64,000 bases of DNA from Lama guanicoe (GCA_013239625.1 MU054220.1:1-64000); one strand, 5' to 3'; positions 39,261-52,107 are shown, counted from the first letter of the stretch. Notes: generated by a model not told the origin, from the sequence alone. Made by a program: numbers and translations.

Positions 39261-40269
39261 AATACAAGGTTTGTGCTACTCCACACCCTTCTTTACTACC
39301 TCTATTACCTTGATTCTTTCCACACTACATGCTGCCTTTGTGTAACCCACCACGAAACCAAAAGAGTCCAATATATCTTGAGGCAAACTCTGTGAATGGC
39401 AACAGAACTCAACATCACTTAGTGTAGTGGGCATATTTTGTATCATTTGCTGGTCCCTCTAGAGTATTTTCCTCGTGTTACATCATTTTAAGCAATTTCT
39501 GAAGAAGACAATGTAATGATGTCTCTTCAGCATGAACAATTAAGTTATGGCTAATCTTTTGGGACCCAGTTTGTTTAAGAGGCGAGGCACAATCACCTGA
39601 AATTTCAGACCATTTTGCTGGACTTAAGGATACTAAAGCATTAACAACTAACAACAAAGATCATTTTAACACATGGAAAAACAACTCAGAGAGTGTTTAA
39701 CTACTTTTATTTACTATTTATAGTTTATTATGGGCTTTATTACATTTTGAATTTTAATAAGAGGTTACAGTACACATTGAATAATTGCAATTAATGCTGC
39801 TGTTAGACTTTGCAAGGCTACCAAGTAGTGATTTAGATTGCACCAAAGATCCAAGCCTACATCTGAAACTCAATGATCTGTTGAGTTGTAAGGAAATAAT
39901 TAAGACAAGACTTTATCAGCCTGGAAGTACAGTTAGTTCAGTCTCAGAAAAAAAGTCATTTGAAAATTCTGTTCAGATTGGAAAATGATTTAAAATTTTG
40001 TTTCTCGAAATCTTTTGGAAAGCATTTAAAGGCATGCAAATTGCAGAGAAATTAATACTCCTTCTCTTGAAACTCTCTAACAAACTCAACAGTTTTTCTT
40101 TACTGAAATCAGTAGGTCGAATAGGGATTTTTCATCCCCACCTGCAGTGTCCAAAAAAGTGTCACTTTCCCACAGCTTAAAGGATCCTTTATTTGCCTTA
40201 TTCATCAAAATTATAAAGCACACAATATTGCTTCAGAAGAATAAGTACATTTTATAATCAATGCAAGTT

Positions 40270-41000
40270 TGACATGGCCACGGCATATAACGAACGGCCT
40301 TAACATGTGCCTCATCACCAACAATCAGCTGGCTTGATAGGAAATATCGATGACACATTGACAGTTCAGCTAAGACACCCACTCAGAAAAAGAACTCCCT
40401 GCACTGGAGCACTGTCCTCCGTAATGCACTGAAGGTCATGAACCAATGGAAATACAGGTTATGTGGGTTACAGCATCTCCAACAGCATGGGGTCATGGAT
40501 CTGGAAACAGAGACATGATGGCAGAATGGCCCTTCTCATTATTACACCCTGAGATCCAATGTCTGAATGTGTGCCTCCTAGTCCTACAATAGTAGGCTCT
40601 TTTGGATTATAGGTTTATGATTCCCGAGGGCAGGTATAACTACCAGGGTCTCAATTAGTGTTTTAAGGAACAAGAATCTGTGACTAGTTCATGCTAGCAG
40701 ACTAGCAAGCAAGGAAGGTATTTGTGTGCTAGCTAAGGCGATAAACTCTGATTAACATAAAAAGTTAGGGATGCCAATGCACAACGGGGACAGGAAGAAT
40801 ATATCTCAAGCACAGGAATTCACAAGACATCCTTAGAACTTCTGTGCCCAATCATAACATGACTGTCAGTGGGCAACTGCAAAATCTGAAAATTGAGATG
40901 GATAGGGCAATTAGGATCTCAGGAACCACGTTTAGGTCACTCCACTCAGAAGTAATCATTACAGCTGAAGCGCTGGCTGAAAGTAAGGGAAACCGAGTGC
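40270..41000 (+). mobile_element. ERVL/MaLR internal (integrase-region) remnant
   Basis: From 40304 translates HVPHHQQSAGLIGNIDDTLTVQL, resembling the ERVL integrase motif HVPHHPEAAGLIERWNGLLK. Confidence 0.65.
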
Positions 41001-41029
41001 TTGAATGAACGTGTGAAAATGTTCAGACG

Positions 41030-41965
41030 TGACAGAGTTTGGCTCTTTCTTACAAAACTAAACATACTCTGACCATACGACTCAGCGACTGTTCTCCTTG
41101 CTCTTTAACCAAAGGAGGTGAAAAGTCATATCCACACAAAAACCTGCGCACGGAGATTTATAGTAACTTCATTCAAAATGGTGAAAACTTGGAAGCAACC
41201 AAGATTTTCTTTGGTTGGTGAACGGATAAGTAAACTGCGGTACATCAGACAGTGGAATATCATTCAGCGCTAAAAGGAAATGAGCTATCAAGTCATGAAA
41301 ATACACAGAGGAATTCTTAATGCATATTACTAAGTGAAAGAAGGCAATCTGAAAAGGTGACTTACTGTATGATTCCAACTCTATGACATTCTGTAAAAAG
41401 GAAAACAATGGAGACAACAAAAGAAAAAGAAATCAGGAGAGAGGGTAGAGCTCAGTGGTAGAGTGTGTGCTTAGCATTCATGAGGTCCTGGGTTCTATCC
41501 CCAGTCCCTCCATTAATAAACAAACAAACAAACAAACAAATAAACCTAACTAACTCCAACCCCTGCCCCAAATCCCCAAAATAAATAAACAAAAATTTAA
41601 AAAAAAATCAGTGTTTGCCAGGAGTAAGGGTGATGAGGAAGAGGTGAATAAACAGAGCAGAAAAAAATTTTCAGGGCAGTTAAAATACTCTGTATAATAT
41701 TACAATGATAGATATAAGTCATTACAAATTTATCCAAACTCATAGAATGTGTAACAGCAGGAGAGACCCCCTAAGGTAAATTACAGACTTTGGGTGACTA
41801 TGATGCGTCAATATAGATTTGTCTGTTGCAGCAAGTGTCCCATTCTGGTGGACAGCTGGGAAGGTTCTGCACATGTTTCAGTAGGGAAAGTATAAGAAAT
41901 CTCTGTACCTCCCTCTTGATTTTGTTTTAAACCCAAATCTGCTCTAAAAAGTGAAGTCTTTAAAA
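41030..41965 (+). mobile_element. Old L1M 3' fragment interrupted by a SINE
   Basis: AAAACTAAACATACTCTGACCATACGAC...CCACACAAAAACCTG...TGTATGATTCCAACTCTATGACATTCTG...GAAATCTCTGTACCT. Confidence 0.8.
41437..41599 (+). mobile_element. tRNA-derived SINE (camelid Vic-1 type) nested in L1
   Basis: GAGGGTAGAGCTCAGTGGTAGAG...GGGTTCTATCCCCAGT, (AAAC)n tail; TSD-like AAAGAAATCAG / AAAAAAATCAG. Confidence 0.88.
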
Positions 41966-42450
41966 AATGTTTAACCATATTAATAGGGACATGGCAAAAT
42001 CGGGAGGAAGGTCATTTTGTCAGGCATTTTAAAAACAAAACCCTTCAACTAAGCACTTTGTTATTTTCCCCTCCAGGTCAACTGTAAAAAGAAATCTTAC
42101 CTGGTATTTGCAATATTATTTGTACAGTTTATGCCTCTCAAGACAGCCTAAAATTCTCAATGTCATAGTGAAATAAGATAAAGTTATGATTTTAGGGTGC
42201 TTTATTCTTCATCTCTATTGTTGAAGCATCTTATGTTCAAAGAATGGATGACTTACATCTTTTTTAGAATTCAGGTATCAGACAAACGAACATTTATGGA
42301 CTATCTGCTATGTGTAAGTCAAGACAAGAAAATACCTATTATCAAGAAACGAAGACATCAGCAAACTGAGCCCCAGAGGACACAGGCTTCTCTGCTTACT
42401 GACGCTGTACCATCACATAAGGCGTGATTTAAAACTTCCTAACTCCATAT

Positions 42451-43422
42451 TCAGCATATCTTTAGTAATGGCAAAATTCCTAATTGACTCCTAGAATACA
42501 TTTTGTCAATAACTTTTCTCAGAGCGTTTTGTACCTCCTGATTCCTCAAGCTGTAGATCAGTGGGTTTAGCATGGGAATCACCACTGTGTAGAAGACCGA
42601 GGCAAATTTGTCTTTATCCAGTGAGTGGCTTGACTTGGGCTGCAGGTACATAAAACTGAGCGTCCCATAATACACGGTAGTAGACAACAGGTGGGAAGCA
42701 CAGGTGGAGAAGGCTTTCTGTCTTCCTGCAGCAGAACGGATCCTTAAGACGGCAAAGACGATGAAGACGTAGGAGATGAGAACAATGATAAGAGAACAGA
42801 AAACATTGAACCCAGCGATGATGCCCAGCATCAGCTCTTTGACTTGGGTACCAGAGCAGGCCAGAGCAATCAAGGGCACGTCATCACAGTAGAACTGGTT
42901 GATGACATTGGACCCACAGAAGGACATGCGGAATGTGACCACCGCTTGCACGAGTCCCACGGTGACTCCGTAGATGTAAGAGCTAGCGACCATCTGAATG
43001 CAGAGTTTCCTAGGCATGAGAACTGCATAGAGCAAAGGGTTGCAGATGGCCACATACCGATCGTAAGCCATGACAGACAGCATCAGTAATTCCCACACGG
43101 AAAATGCGATAAAGCAACACACTTGAGTAGCACAAGCGTAAAAGGACACACTTTTAATCTCACGTAAAGAGTTCACAAGGATGTTTGGAGTGATGACGGA
43201 GGTCCCGTAAAAATCAACAAAAGCCAGATGACAGAGGAAAAAATACATGGGTGTGTGAAGCTGAGGGCTGATTTGTATCAGCACAATCAAACCAAGATTA
43301 CCAAAGACAGTCACCAAGTAAATCAGTGAGAATACACAAAACACAAGGGCTTGAAGTTCTGGATTATCTGTGAGGCCCAAGAGGATGAACTCAGTGACTA
43401 CTGAATGATTGCCTTTTGCCAT
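42451..43422 (-). CDS. Olfactory receptor, OR5AL subfamily, intact, 323 aa
   Basis: True start most likely MAKGNHS at 43422, by homology to the paralog starts at 31379 and 53469; all OR motifs present. Confidence 0.9.
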   Translation of the reverse strand: MAKGNHSVVTEFILLGLTDNPELQALVFCVFSLIYLVTVFGNLGLIVLIQISPQLHTPMYFFLCHLAFVDFYGTSVITPNILVNSLREIKSVSFYACATQVCCFIAFSVWELLMLSVMAYDRYVAICNPLLYAVLMPRKLCIQMVASSYIYGVTVGLVQAVVTFRMSFCGSNVINQFYCDDVPLIALACSGTQVKELMLGIIAGFNVFCSLIIVLISYVFIVFAVLRIRSAAGRQKAFSTCASHLLSTTVYYGTLSFMYLQPKSSHSLDKDKFASVFYTVVIPMLNPLIYSLRNQEVQNALRKVIDKMYSRSQLGILPLLKIC

Positions 43423-44479
43423 GAAATAGGTAAACAACTCTACAATGAAGTCTTCTGGAGCACACGCTCTGAACAACCTTGACTCTTTAAGAAATAATCA
43501 ATTAAGTGTGAGAAGACAGCTCTGGTTCACCAGAACGTTATGCTAAATTCAGTCAAGGCAGACTCCTGATAAGCACTGTGAACTATGTATGAATTTTATG
43601 CTTTCAGCCTGAGAAGATTTGGTCCGGGCAGAAATTCCAGGGTACTAAATCCACTAGGGGGCTGTGAAAGAAGAGAAAGTATTTCAATTAAAATTTTTAT
43701 AATCTGTACAATAGTAAAGAGTGTGCCATACTTTAAGTATAAAGGGGAAAAAGCAACATTCAGAGTGTATGTGGCTTTAACAGCACAGATCAACATGATT
43801 TCTTAAGTTGTAAGTTTATCTCATAAAATGATCATTTCATCATTTCATAAGAATATTAAAAATGACCAAATTCAAGTATAGAAAACGTAAGTCAAATTCA
43901 AAATGCTAACACTATTCATCTATGTAGACATCCAGTGTAATTGATAAGATTTTACATTTTTCTTCTTTTTGCTTACCTTCTTTTTCTATTTTTTTCAATA
44001 CTCATATAATATTGATATTTAGGAAAAATAGGCTTGTGAATTGTTTGGCTCTGTCTTCTGGCAAAATACTCCCCAGTGAACAGTTTGACACATGGTAAAA
44101 CAGTTTTAAATGATTAAGAGGTATCATGTTAGTCTCTATCTTCAAGTATCTAAATTGTCCAAAGTAAATAGCATTTGGGCAGCGTTTAGCAGAAGCAGAT
44201 TTCACAGAAAGTTGCCATAAACCCGAGCTGGATTCTGAATGCTTAAAAGCTAGAAAAATTGAAATCACCTCCCTCCTTTCTTAAACAGAGCAGTGGTAAG
44301 GTCAACTTGATTTTCCTTTATCACCATATTGTCTCAGGTTAGTCAACATGAATTTTATAGACGGTTAAGACAGATAAACCATAATAAAGTATACAAAGGA
44401 CCTCTCAGCTTAACTTCCTCCCCTTGAAACCTTTATCTTGGTTACTCCTATGTCTTTTTCCTCCCCGACAACAATTCTC

Positions 44480-45810
44480 AAAGGAACATCTTAGAACAGG
44501 TATCCACCTCTAATTTCTCAATCATATTTATAATGTAACTACTCATAACTCACCTTTCTTTCCCATTAAGCCAAGAAATTTCCTCACCAACTTTACTATC
44601 AACTTCTCTCTTCCCAAATCCAATCAAGCCTCTTTTTCTTTGACAGCTCCACAGCACTGAACTCTATCGATTAAACCTCTGGTTTCCAGATCAACAAGTC
44701 CCTGAGTTTATTATTTGTCCATTTTGATTTTCCACTTCGGAGGCTCTGCTCCTGTTATCTGAGCTTTAGACAACACGTTCTTCATGTTTCCTCCCCCACC
44801 CTCTGATATTTACACCTTTTTATCCAGTGATCTTATCTAATCTAATGTCCTTAATAGGCATCTACGTGCTGATTATGCACAAATATACATTTCTGTTCCA
44901 GATTCCTTGTCTCTGCTCCAGCTTTATACATCTAAATGCCTCTCAAAAATTACCACTTACGTATAGTAGATGTTCATGGGGGTTGCATACAGATCTCAGT
45001 GAACAGATCCATTACCCATTTAGTTTTCCAACTCAGAGATCAAATATGTTTTACTGTGCTTTACTGGTCCTCACGCCAATATTCAACGTGTCCCCTATTC
45101 CTAAAGATTTTATCCCTTTGTTCACGTACGCTGTTTCACTGATTCCACCACAACGTCTTTTTGTTTTGCAGCTGACACCCAACTTTCATTCTTGCCTCCA
45201 ACATTCTCTGTTTCTCCCTGTTCCCCACATTTCAGCTTATGTGAGCTTTCACAGACACACACTTCATTCTTACTTTCTGATGCAATCCTTCAGTGTCTTC
45301 CCGCTGCGCTTCGGATAAATTCCAAGTTCTTTCACATGGCTAACACGCTCTGAAAAATCTATTTTCTGCATCTCAGATCGGGCATCTCTTAAAACATACT
45401 TCATCTAGCCTCTGTGTCACAGATATTCCACACTCATAGTTATTCCAAATATGAAGCAGAATTTTATACATCCTTTATCCCCTGCTCAGGGCGTTTTTCC
45501 TCTGCCATCATTTCCTTTGCCTGATTTTCCTTCTAAGTGACTTTCTGTCCTCTGTTGAATCTCTTCCTCTTGGAGGATTTTATGACTTCAGGGCAGAGTA
45601 AGTCCTCCTCATTTATGCTTTATGTGCATCCACTTATCATGGCCCTTGCCACACTGTATTCCAGCCAACAGTTAGCATGTCTGTAGCACATCCTGAACTT
45701 GAATCTCTTATTTTTAAGCAATAATATTTCTATTTTACACCCAGTTTATTCACTTACCTCTAATTATACCTAATATTTGGAGAAGGTCAATAATCACCTG
45801 TGAAATGATT
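44480..45810. mobile_element. Degraded L2 LINE fragment, positional paralog of 37890-39260
   Basis: TTGACAGCTCCACAGCACTGAAC at 44640 and GGATAAATTCCAAGTTCTTTCACATGGCTAAC; same orientation and similar extent as the other L2. Confidence 0.55.
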
Positions 45811-47819
45811 ACATGGGTAAAAGTTATCTAAGTCCAAAACTTTTCCCACAAAAATGGATTGAGTACATTTTTCTGTGTGTTTCAGTACTCTCTCTGCTAT
45901 CATTCAGTTCAACAACAAACCCCTAACGGTCCTGTAGACCAGAAAGGACTCTTTGTGAGGCCAGTGACGTTTAAAATTACCTGAGTATTAAGCGACAACT
46001 TCGTATTTTTGGATGTGTGTGTTCCCATAGGATTTTTTTGTACTACGTTATTTTTAACAAACATTGATAAACAGTATAATTATATATTTAAGAATAAGCA
46101 ATCATTTGAAGTTTAGTGACTGGGGACAACAGTATCTCCCCTGAAATTGTAGATCATTTTTTCAACTGTTAGTCAAGTAAGACTCTAGCGTAGAGGAGCA
46201 CTTTAATTGTCTCTTTTGGGAAAACAACTTAATTGCTATGTCTGCTTTGAACTTTGTCATATTGGTTTTATATTAAAATTATGAATTTATTTAAAATAAA
46301 TGTTCCATTCACGGGCTTTGTGTTTAGTAGCAGTTTCGGGAAACTATCAGACAAAAATAAATATCTCAATCACTAACATTCAAACCTTCCTTCTGAGATG
46401 AATATCTCAAACAGATAATATGATTGACATGTAGGGATTAATTTTAAAAAAAAATTTATTTTCCATTTCAGTCTTTAGGAGGCTGAACGCAAACCAGCCC
46501 CAAGACTATTGACATTCTACAGAAATTGATCGGACCTGTCCATCCAAAATGTGCTTTGAATGTTCAGATCGATGATCGCACACGCTTAACAAGATGAGAT
46601 CTTTGTCACACAATGAGGCTTTCTGGGGAAGAGCAAGGAGAGATCCTAAGCTGTTCTGAAAACCAGCCTGGGGGAGCAGTGATGCTTCCACTCGAGGTTT
46701 TTGTTGTGGTGGGTGTGCAGGAAAAAGGCTTGCAAAGCTTGAAATTTCTGCTGGCACCAACGGATGGAGCAGGGGGTTTCTTACTCCAGATGGGAAGTAG
46801 AAGGAGGAGGGGAGGTGGTGGAGCTTGAAAGCTATAAGCAAACAACAAAAAAATCAGTTCAGACATTTTATTTCACATCTCTTTTCTTCCAACTCTTTGT
46901 CCACACCTGTCACTCCCAGCTCACAGAACTTTGTTTCTCACTCTTCCTTAACTCTTTCCCACTACTTTATTATACAGGTGATTTTGCCATCTATCACCAA
47001 AAGACAGAATTCTTCCTGTGGGAGAGAGGAATGTATATACATTTGAATGTACAAATACAGGATTCTTCTTGTATCTGCAAGTGTGAGTAGCCTGATGAGA
47101 AGCATTATCACGGTGATAAAATCTGTCCAAGCACACCAGAAAAAGAGACGTAATTATCTCCATTTTCTCAGGCATCGAGATTAATTTATTTTATGGATAT
47201 TAATAAGAAACTGTTTTAAGTATAATTTCTTTGATGATTAGTAAGGATATACTTTTTTATTTTTAAAATAAACTTATTAGATGTCAATGTTTTTGATGAA
47301 TTGTCTTCTCATCCCTTTGACAATTTTCTTAATTCATAATAAATTAAGAGGTTTTTATATACTCATAGTTAGGCTTTATTAATAACACCTTAAAGCTGTT
47401 TTACCAGATTTCCTTTTACTTAATTTTGTGTGTTGTATATTTTCATATATGCTCCATTTAATCTTTAAGTATCCGATTTTTTTTGTTTGTTTTTATAATT
47501 CTTGAATTGTTATAAAACTGTAGCCCACAAAGCAGGTAAGTAATTATTTATATTTACATCAGCTTCTATGTAATGTAGTTTTGTACAACTAATGTGTTAA
47601 TGTCTTGGAGTGTTTTGGAATACACATGTGGTGTATGATATGAGAAATTTTTATTTTTCTACACAAATATAAGCCATCCAACACAATTTATACCTTAGCA
47701 ATGAATGTAAATGTTAATATTATTCATTGTATTTTAATTTACATGTACTTATGACTGTGTCTGGACGAAGACCTCTATGATCTATCTTTTTATTCATTAC
47801 ACAAGTATTTTAATTTAAT

Positions 47820-48750
47820 TTTGCTGTCAAACTTCTCCCACCAAATGGCCTCAGGCAACCACTGAATTGCTTTAAGTGACTGTAGTTTTGCTTTGTCTAG
47901 AATTTCAGATAAATGCAGGCATTCAGTTTGTGGTCTTTGGTGCTTGATTTCTTTAACAGAGTTTTCTGAGATTTATCCATATTGTTGCATATATTAATAT
48001 AAACATTACTACCTCATTTTTACCACTGAGTAGCATTTCCTATTGTAACTAAACCATCATTTGTTTATCTGTTCACCAGTTACAGGGCATTTCAGTTGCT
48101 TCCAGTTTTGATTATAACAAATAATTCTTCAGTGACATTCACATACACATTTTGTGTGAACATACATTTTCATTTGTCTTGGGTAAACACCTGTGACTGG
48201 AATTGCTGGGTCCTGTGATAAATATATGCCTAATTTACGAGACATGGACAAATCCAACAAGGCTGTGGATTCCAACCAGCACTGTAAGAGGGTTTCTATT
48301 TTTCCACATCCTAATCAACCCTCATATTTTCAGTCTTTTAATTTTACCATTTGAGTGGATGTAAAGTGGTACACCACTGTGATTTTAATTTGGGCTATTC
48401 TATGAACAGTACCATTAGCCTCTTTTTAATGTCCCTATTGGCCATTCACATATTCTCTCTTGTGGCATACTTATTCTAAACTTTTGTTCAGTTTTAATTG
48501 GATAGTCTGTATGTTCATTATGGAGTTGAAAGGATTCTTTCTACACTCCGTTAGATAGCCCTTTGTAGGATACATGTTTTACAAAGTTTAAGCTTTTTGT
48601 TTTCTTGTCTTTCAAAGAACATTTTTTGATACTGACAAATTGCAAGTCAAGATTTCTTTTTATATACTTTACTTACTGTGTCTTAAGAAACCTGTGTCCA
48701 AACCAAAGTCATGAACATTTTCTTCCTATACTTTTTGTAAATGATTTAAA
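47820..48750 (-). mobile_element. Old L1M fragment, antisense
   Basis: GGCAACCACTGA...TTTCTGAGATTTATCCATATTGTTGC...GGAATTGCTGGGTC...TTCCACATCCTAATCAAC. Confidence 0.8.
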
Positions 48751-49544
48751 TATGACGATGATTTAAAAATATCTAGCAAACTCATTTATATGTAGAAAAG
48801 TTGAGAACTTAGAAATATTCTGGTGCAGAAATAGATAGAGAAACAAGACAGACTAAAGAGTGAGTCAAAAATGAAAAATGGAGACAATGAGCATAGATAC
48901 CTCTCTCCAAGAACTCTAGCTACTGCTTTGGTTAAGGTATTTTTTTAAAAAATTAAGTATATATAAAACAGTGGAATATCCCCTGTGTTTAGAATAAAAC
49001 TAAATAAGATCATCTTCAATATGTCCAATATTCCCTTTCAACAATAGTAACATGAAATAAAACAAAAGGAAAAATTTAAGTATATAAATATATGAGCTTT
49101 CTGTTTGTTTAATAGTGTACCCTCAAACTGTTCAAATAAAATGTACTAGAGATTTTGACTAATACTCCAGAAAAAAGTATTGTTTTTATCTGTAGCAGAT
49201 TCATAAAGAGAGATAATTTTGACAGGAAAATGTAAATCTTTTCATGTCAAAGATGAAATAAAAAGATAGAACATATTAGATATGTTCTGATACATGTTAG
49301 AATTAAGAGACTTCCACAGATGGTGATGAGTTCTGGGGAAAGGGATAAGAAAAAAAGATCACCCTTTACAGATGTTCCAACTGACAACAGGAAAGTTAAA
49401 GAAACATCCTGGGGCCTAGTAGAGCCAGAGTGTGACATTATAATCAGTGCCACGTGAAGAAATAACCCACAAGGCACTAGAATGCACCAACTTGTATGTG
49501 CTGTAAAGTATTTAGGGAATACTTGTAAAAGTAGATTGGGGGTG

Positions 49545-50345
49545 TTGCACAGCAAAGGAAACCATGAGCAAAACAAAAAGCCCACCTATGGAACAGCAGA
49601 ACATATTTGCAAAAGATGAGACTGACAAGGGCTTATTTTCCAGAATATATAAACAGCTCATACAATTTAATAATAAAAAACAAACCACGCAATCCAAAAA
49701 TGGGCAGAACATCTAGAAAAGCAAATCTCCAATGAAGACATACAATTGATCAAAAGCACATGAAAAAATGCTCAATATTGCTAATTATCAGAGAAATGCA
49801 AATCAAAACTACAATGAAGTATCACCTCACACCAGTCAGAATGACCATTAGTCAAAAGTCCACAAACCATAAATGCTGGAGAGGGGGTGGAGAAAAGGGA
49901 ACCTTCCTACACTGTTGGTGGGAATGCAGTTTGGTGCAGCCATTGTGGAAAACAGTACGGAGATTCCTCAAAAGACTAAAAATAAACTTACAATATGATC
50001 CAGCAATCCCACTCTAGGGCATATATCTAGAGGGAAACTTAATTCAAAAAGATACATGCCCCCCAGTGTTTATAGTAGCATTATTTATAATAGCCAAGAC
50101 ATGAAAACAATCTAAATGTCCATTGATAGATCACTGGATAAAGAAGTTGTGGTATATGTATATAAAATGGACTACTCAACCATAAAAAATAATAAATTAA
50201 GAACATTTGCTGCAACATGGGTGGAACTGGAGATTGTCATACTAAGAGAAGTAAGCCAGAAATATAAAGAAAAATACTGTATGATATCACTTACATGTGG
50301 AGGGAAAAAAAAAAGACAAACAAACTTGTCTACAAAACAGAAAAA
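49545..50345 (+). mobile_element. L1 ORF2 C-terminus plus partial 3' UTR
   Basis: ORF 49760-50017 [28 protein letters not shown]...[13 protein letters not shown] is L1 ORF2; stops early in the 3' UTR at an A-rich tract. Confidence 0.92.
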
Positions 50346-50368
50346 CAAAACAAAACAAAAAACCCCAA

Positions 50369-51840
50369 AAAATCCTCAACAAAATATTAGCAAACTGAAT
50401 TCAACAATGCATTAAAAGATGATAACCATGATCAAGTGAGATTTATCTCAGGGGTTTCAGGATGGTTTGCTGTCTGCAAATTAATGTGATAAATCATATT
50501 TGCAAATTAAAGAATAAAAATGGCGTGACTACATCAATAGATATAGAAAAGTTTTTTGAAAAAATTCAACATCAATTGTAATAGAAATTCTCAACAAAGT
50601 AGGTATAAGGGAACAGGCCTCAATGCGGGGGGCCACTCATAACCTGAGGACTGCTGAGCACAGAGGTTGGGCCTAAACTCCCACAGTGCAGGGCGTCAGG
50701 CTCTGAGGTTGATTCTAACAAAGACAATCTCTGTCCCGCCACCCCTTTGAAGAATGCACCAGGTGCATTAGAGCCTGAGGAGCATCCTGAGCTATTAAGT
50801 CACTAAGGACCTTTGGAAGGAGAGATACAATCGGCACACAAGTTAGTGATCTTAGCTTGAAGAACAATCACCTGAGTTAATACTACACGAGTCACGATGT
50901 TAGCTTAGAGAAACAACAACCTTAGTTAGTGATCTTGGTATGTGGGAACATATACCCTAGTTTATGAGTATTATAAACAACATTGATCTATAGAACTATG
51001 CACAAGTTAGTGAGTTTAGTACACACTGTGTTTAAACCATAAAACAATACCTGTGCCTACGTGCAAGAATGCACAAGGTAGTCACTTGAATTTGTATAAA
51101 TTAACTGCCTGAAATAAACTCGAGGTCCACTCTTGACTTAGCGTCTTGCGGGCTAGAGTGAGACCCTCTCAACCCCACCTCCTAGTCTTGTCTTTCTTTT
51201 CTCAGTCCTGCAGCACAGGTTTCTGGACCTGATCGATTGTCGGCTGGCTCCGACACCTCAACATAATAAAGTCCATATATGACAAACACACAGCTAAGAA
51301 TGTATTCAATGGTGAAAAGCTGAAAGCGTTTTCTCTAAGATCAGGAACAAGACAAGGATGCCTACATTTATTCAAAAAAGTACTGAAAGTCCTAGACCTA
51401 GCAGTCAGATAAGAGAAATAAAAGGCATTCATCTGGAAAGGAAGATGCAAAACTGTCATTATTTGCAGATGGCATGGTACTATATATAATAAATCCTTAA
51501 AATGCCATCAAAGAACTCATCAATAAATTAAGTAAAATTGAAGGATATTAATACACAAAAATTTATTTCATTTCCAGACACTAACAATGAACTATCAGAA
51601 AGAAAAAACTAAGACAACCATCCCATGGACAATTGCATCAAAAAGATTGAAATGCCTAGGAACACATCTAACCAAGGAGGTAAAGACCTGCACTCAGACA
51701 ACTGTAAGACACTGATGAAAGAAATTAAAGACAAGCAAACAAATGGAAAGATACACTGAGCTAACTGATTTGGAAGAATGAATACTGTGAAAACAACCAT
51801 ACTGCCCAAGGCAATTTACACATTCAGTGTAATTCTTCTC
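50369..51840 (+). mobile_element. L1 ORF2 reverse-transcriptase-region fragment split by an LTR
   Basis: AAAATCCTCAACAAAATATTAGCAAAC...CCATGATCAAGTG and, after the LTR, AAGATCAGGAACAAGACAAGGATGCC...TTTGCAGATGGCATG (FADD region). Confidence 0.88.
50624..51255 (+). mobile_element. Solo LTR, probably ERV2 (betaretrovirus-like), 632 bp, perfect 6-bp TSD
   Basis: TG...CA termini; CCTCAA at 50618-50623 and 51256-51261; TATAAA (~51095) and AATAAA (~51113); L1 sequence resumes seamlessly across it. Confidence 0.9.
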
Positions 51841-52070
51841 TCATATAAGTGGAGATTAACTAAAAGCAAGGATATTCTTAAATAACCACAGAAGTTTTAT
51901 AAAAATCAGTCATTTAACATTACTGGATCTACAGAGCTTATTCTGCTCTAAAGGACTTGCCTCACTTGGTAAAACCTGAGTTGTTCTTCTAGTCTCCATC
52001 AGTGTTGATGCAAATATCCCTGTCAGGTCTTCAGAATCAATGATTCTTTTCACACTGATCTTACTAGGAT

Positions 52071-52107
52071 TGTGTGTGTGTGTGTGTGTGTGGGTGGGTG
52101 GGTGTGT
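52071..52107. repeat. (TG)n/(TGGG)n microsatellite
   Basis: Directly visible. Confidence 0.9.

Noticed and set aside
43423..43476. 18-aa N-terminal extension in the ORF track for the OR at 42451
   Set aside because: It starts at a non-ATG codon; paralogs begin at MAKGN, so the ATG at 43422 is preferred
44827..45318. 163-aa ORF
   Set aside because: Lies within degraded L2 sequence, non-ATG start, no protein motif
50835..51090. Spaced repeats superficially like a CRISPR array
   Set aside because: Imperfect, irregularly spaced, inside an LTR in a mammalian genome; these are U3 tandem repeats
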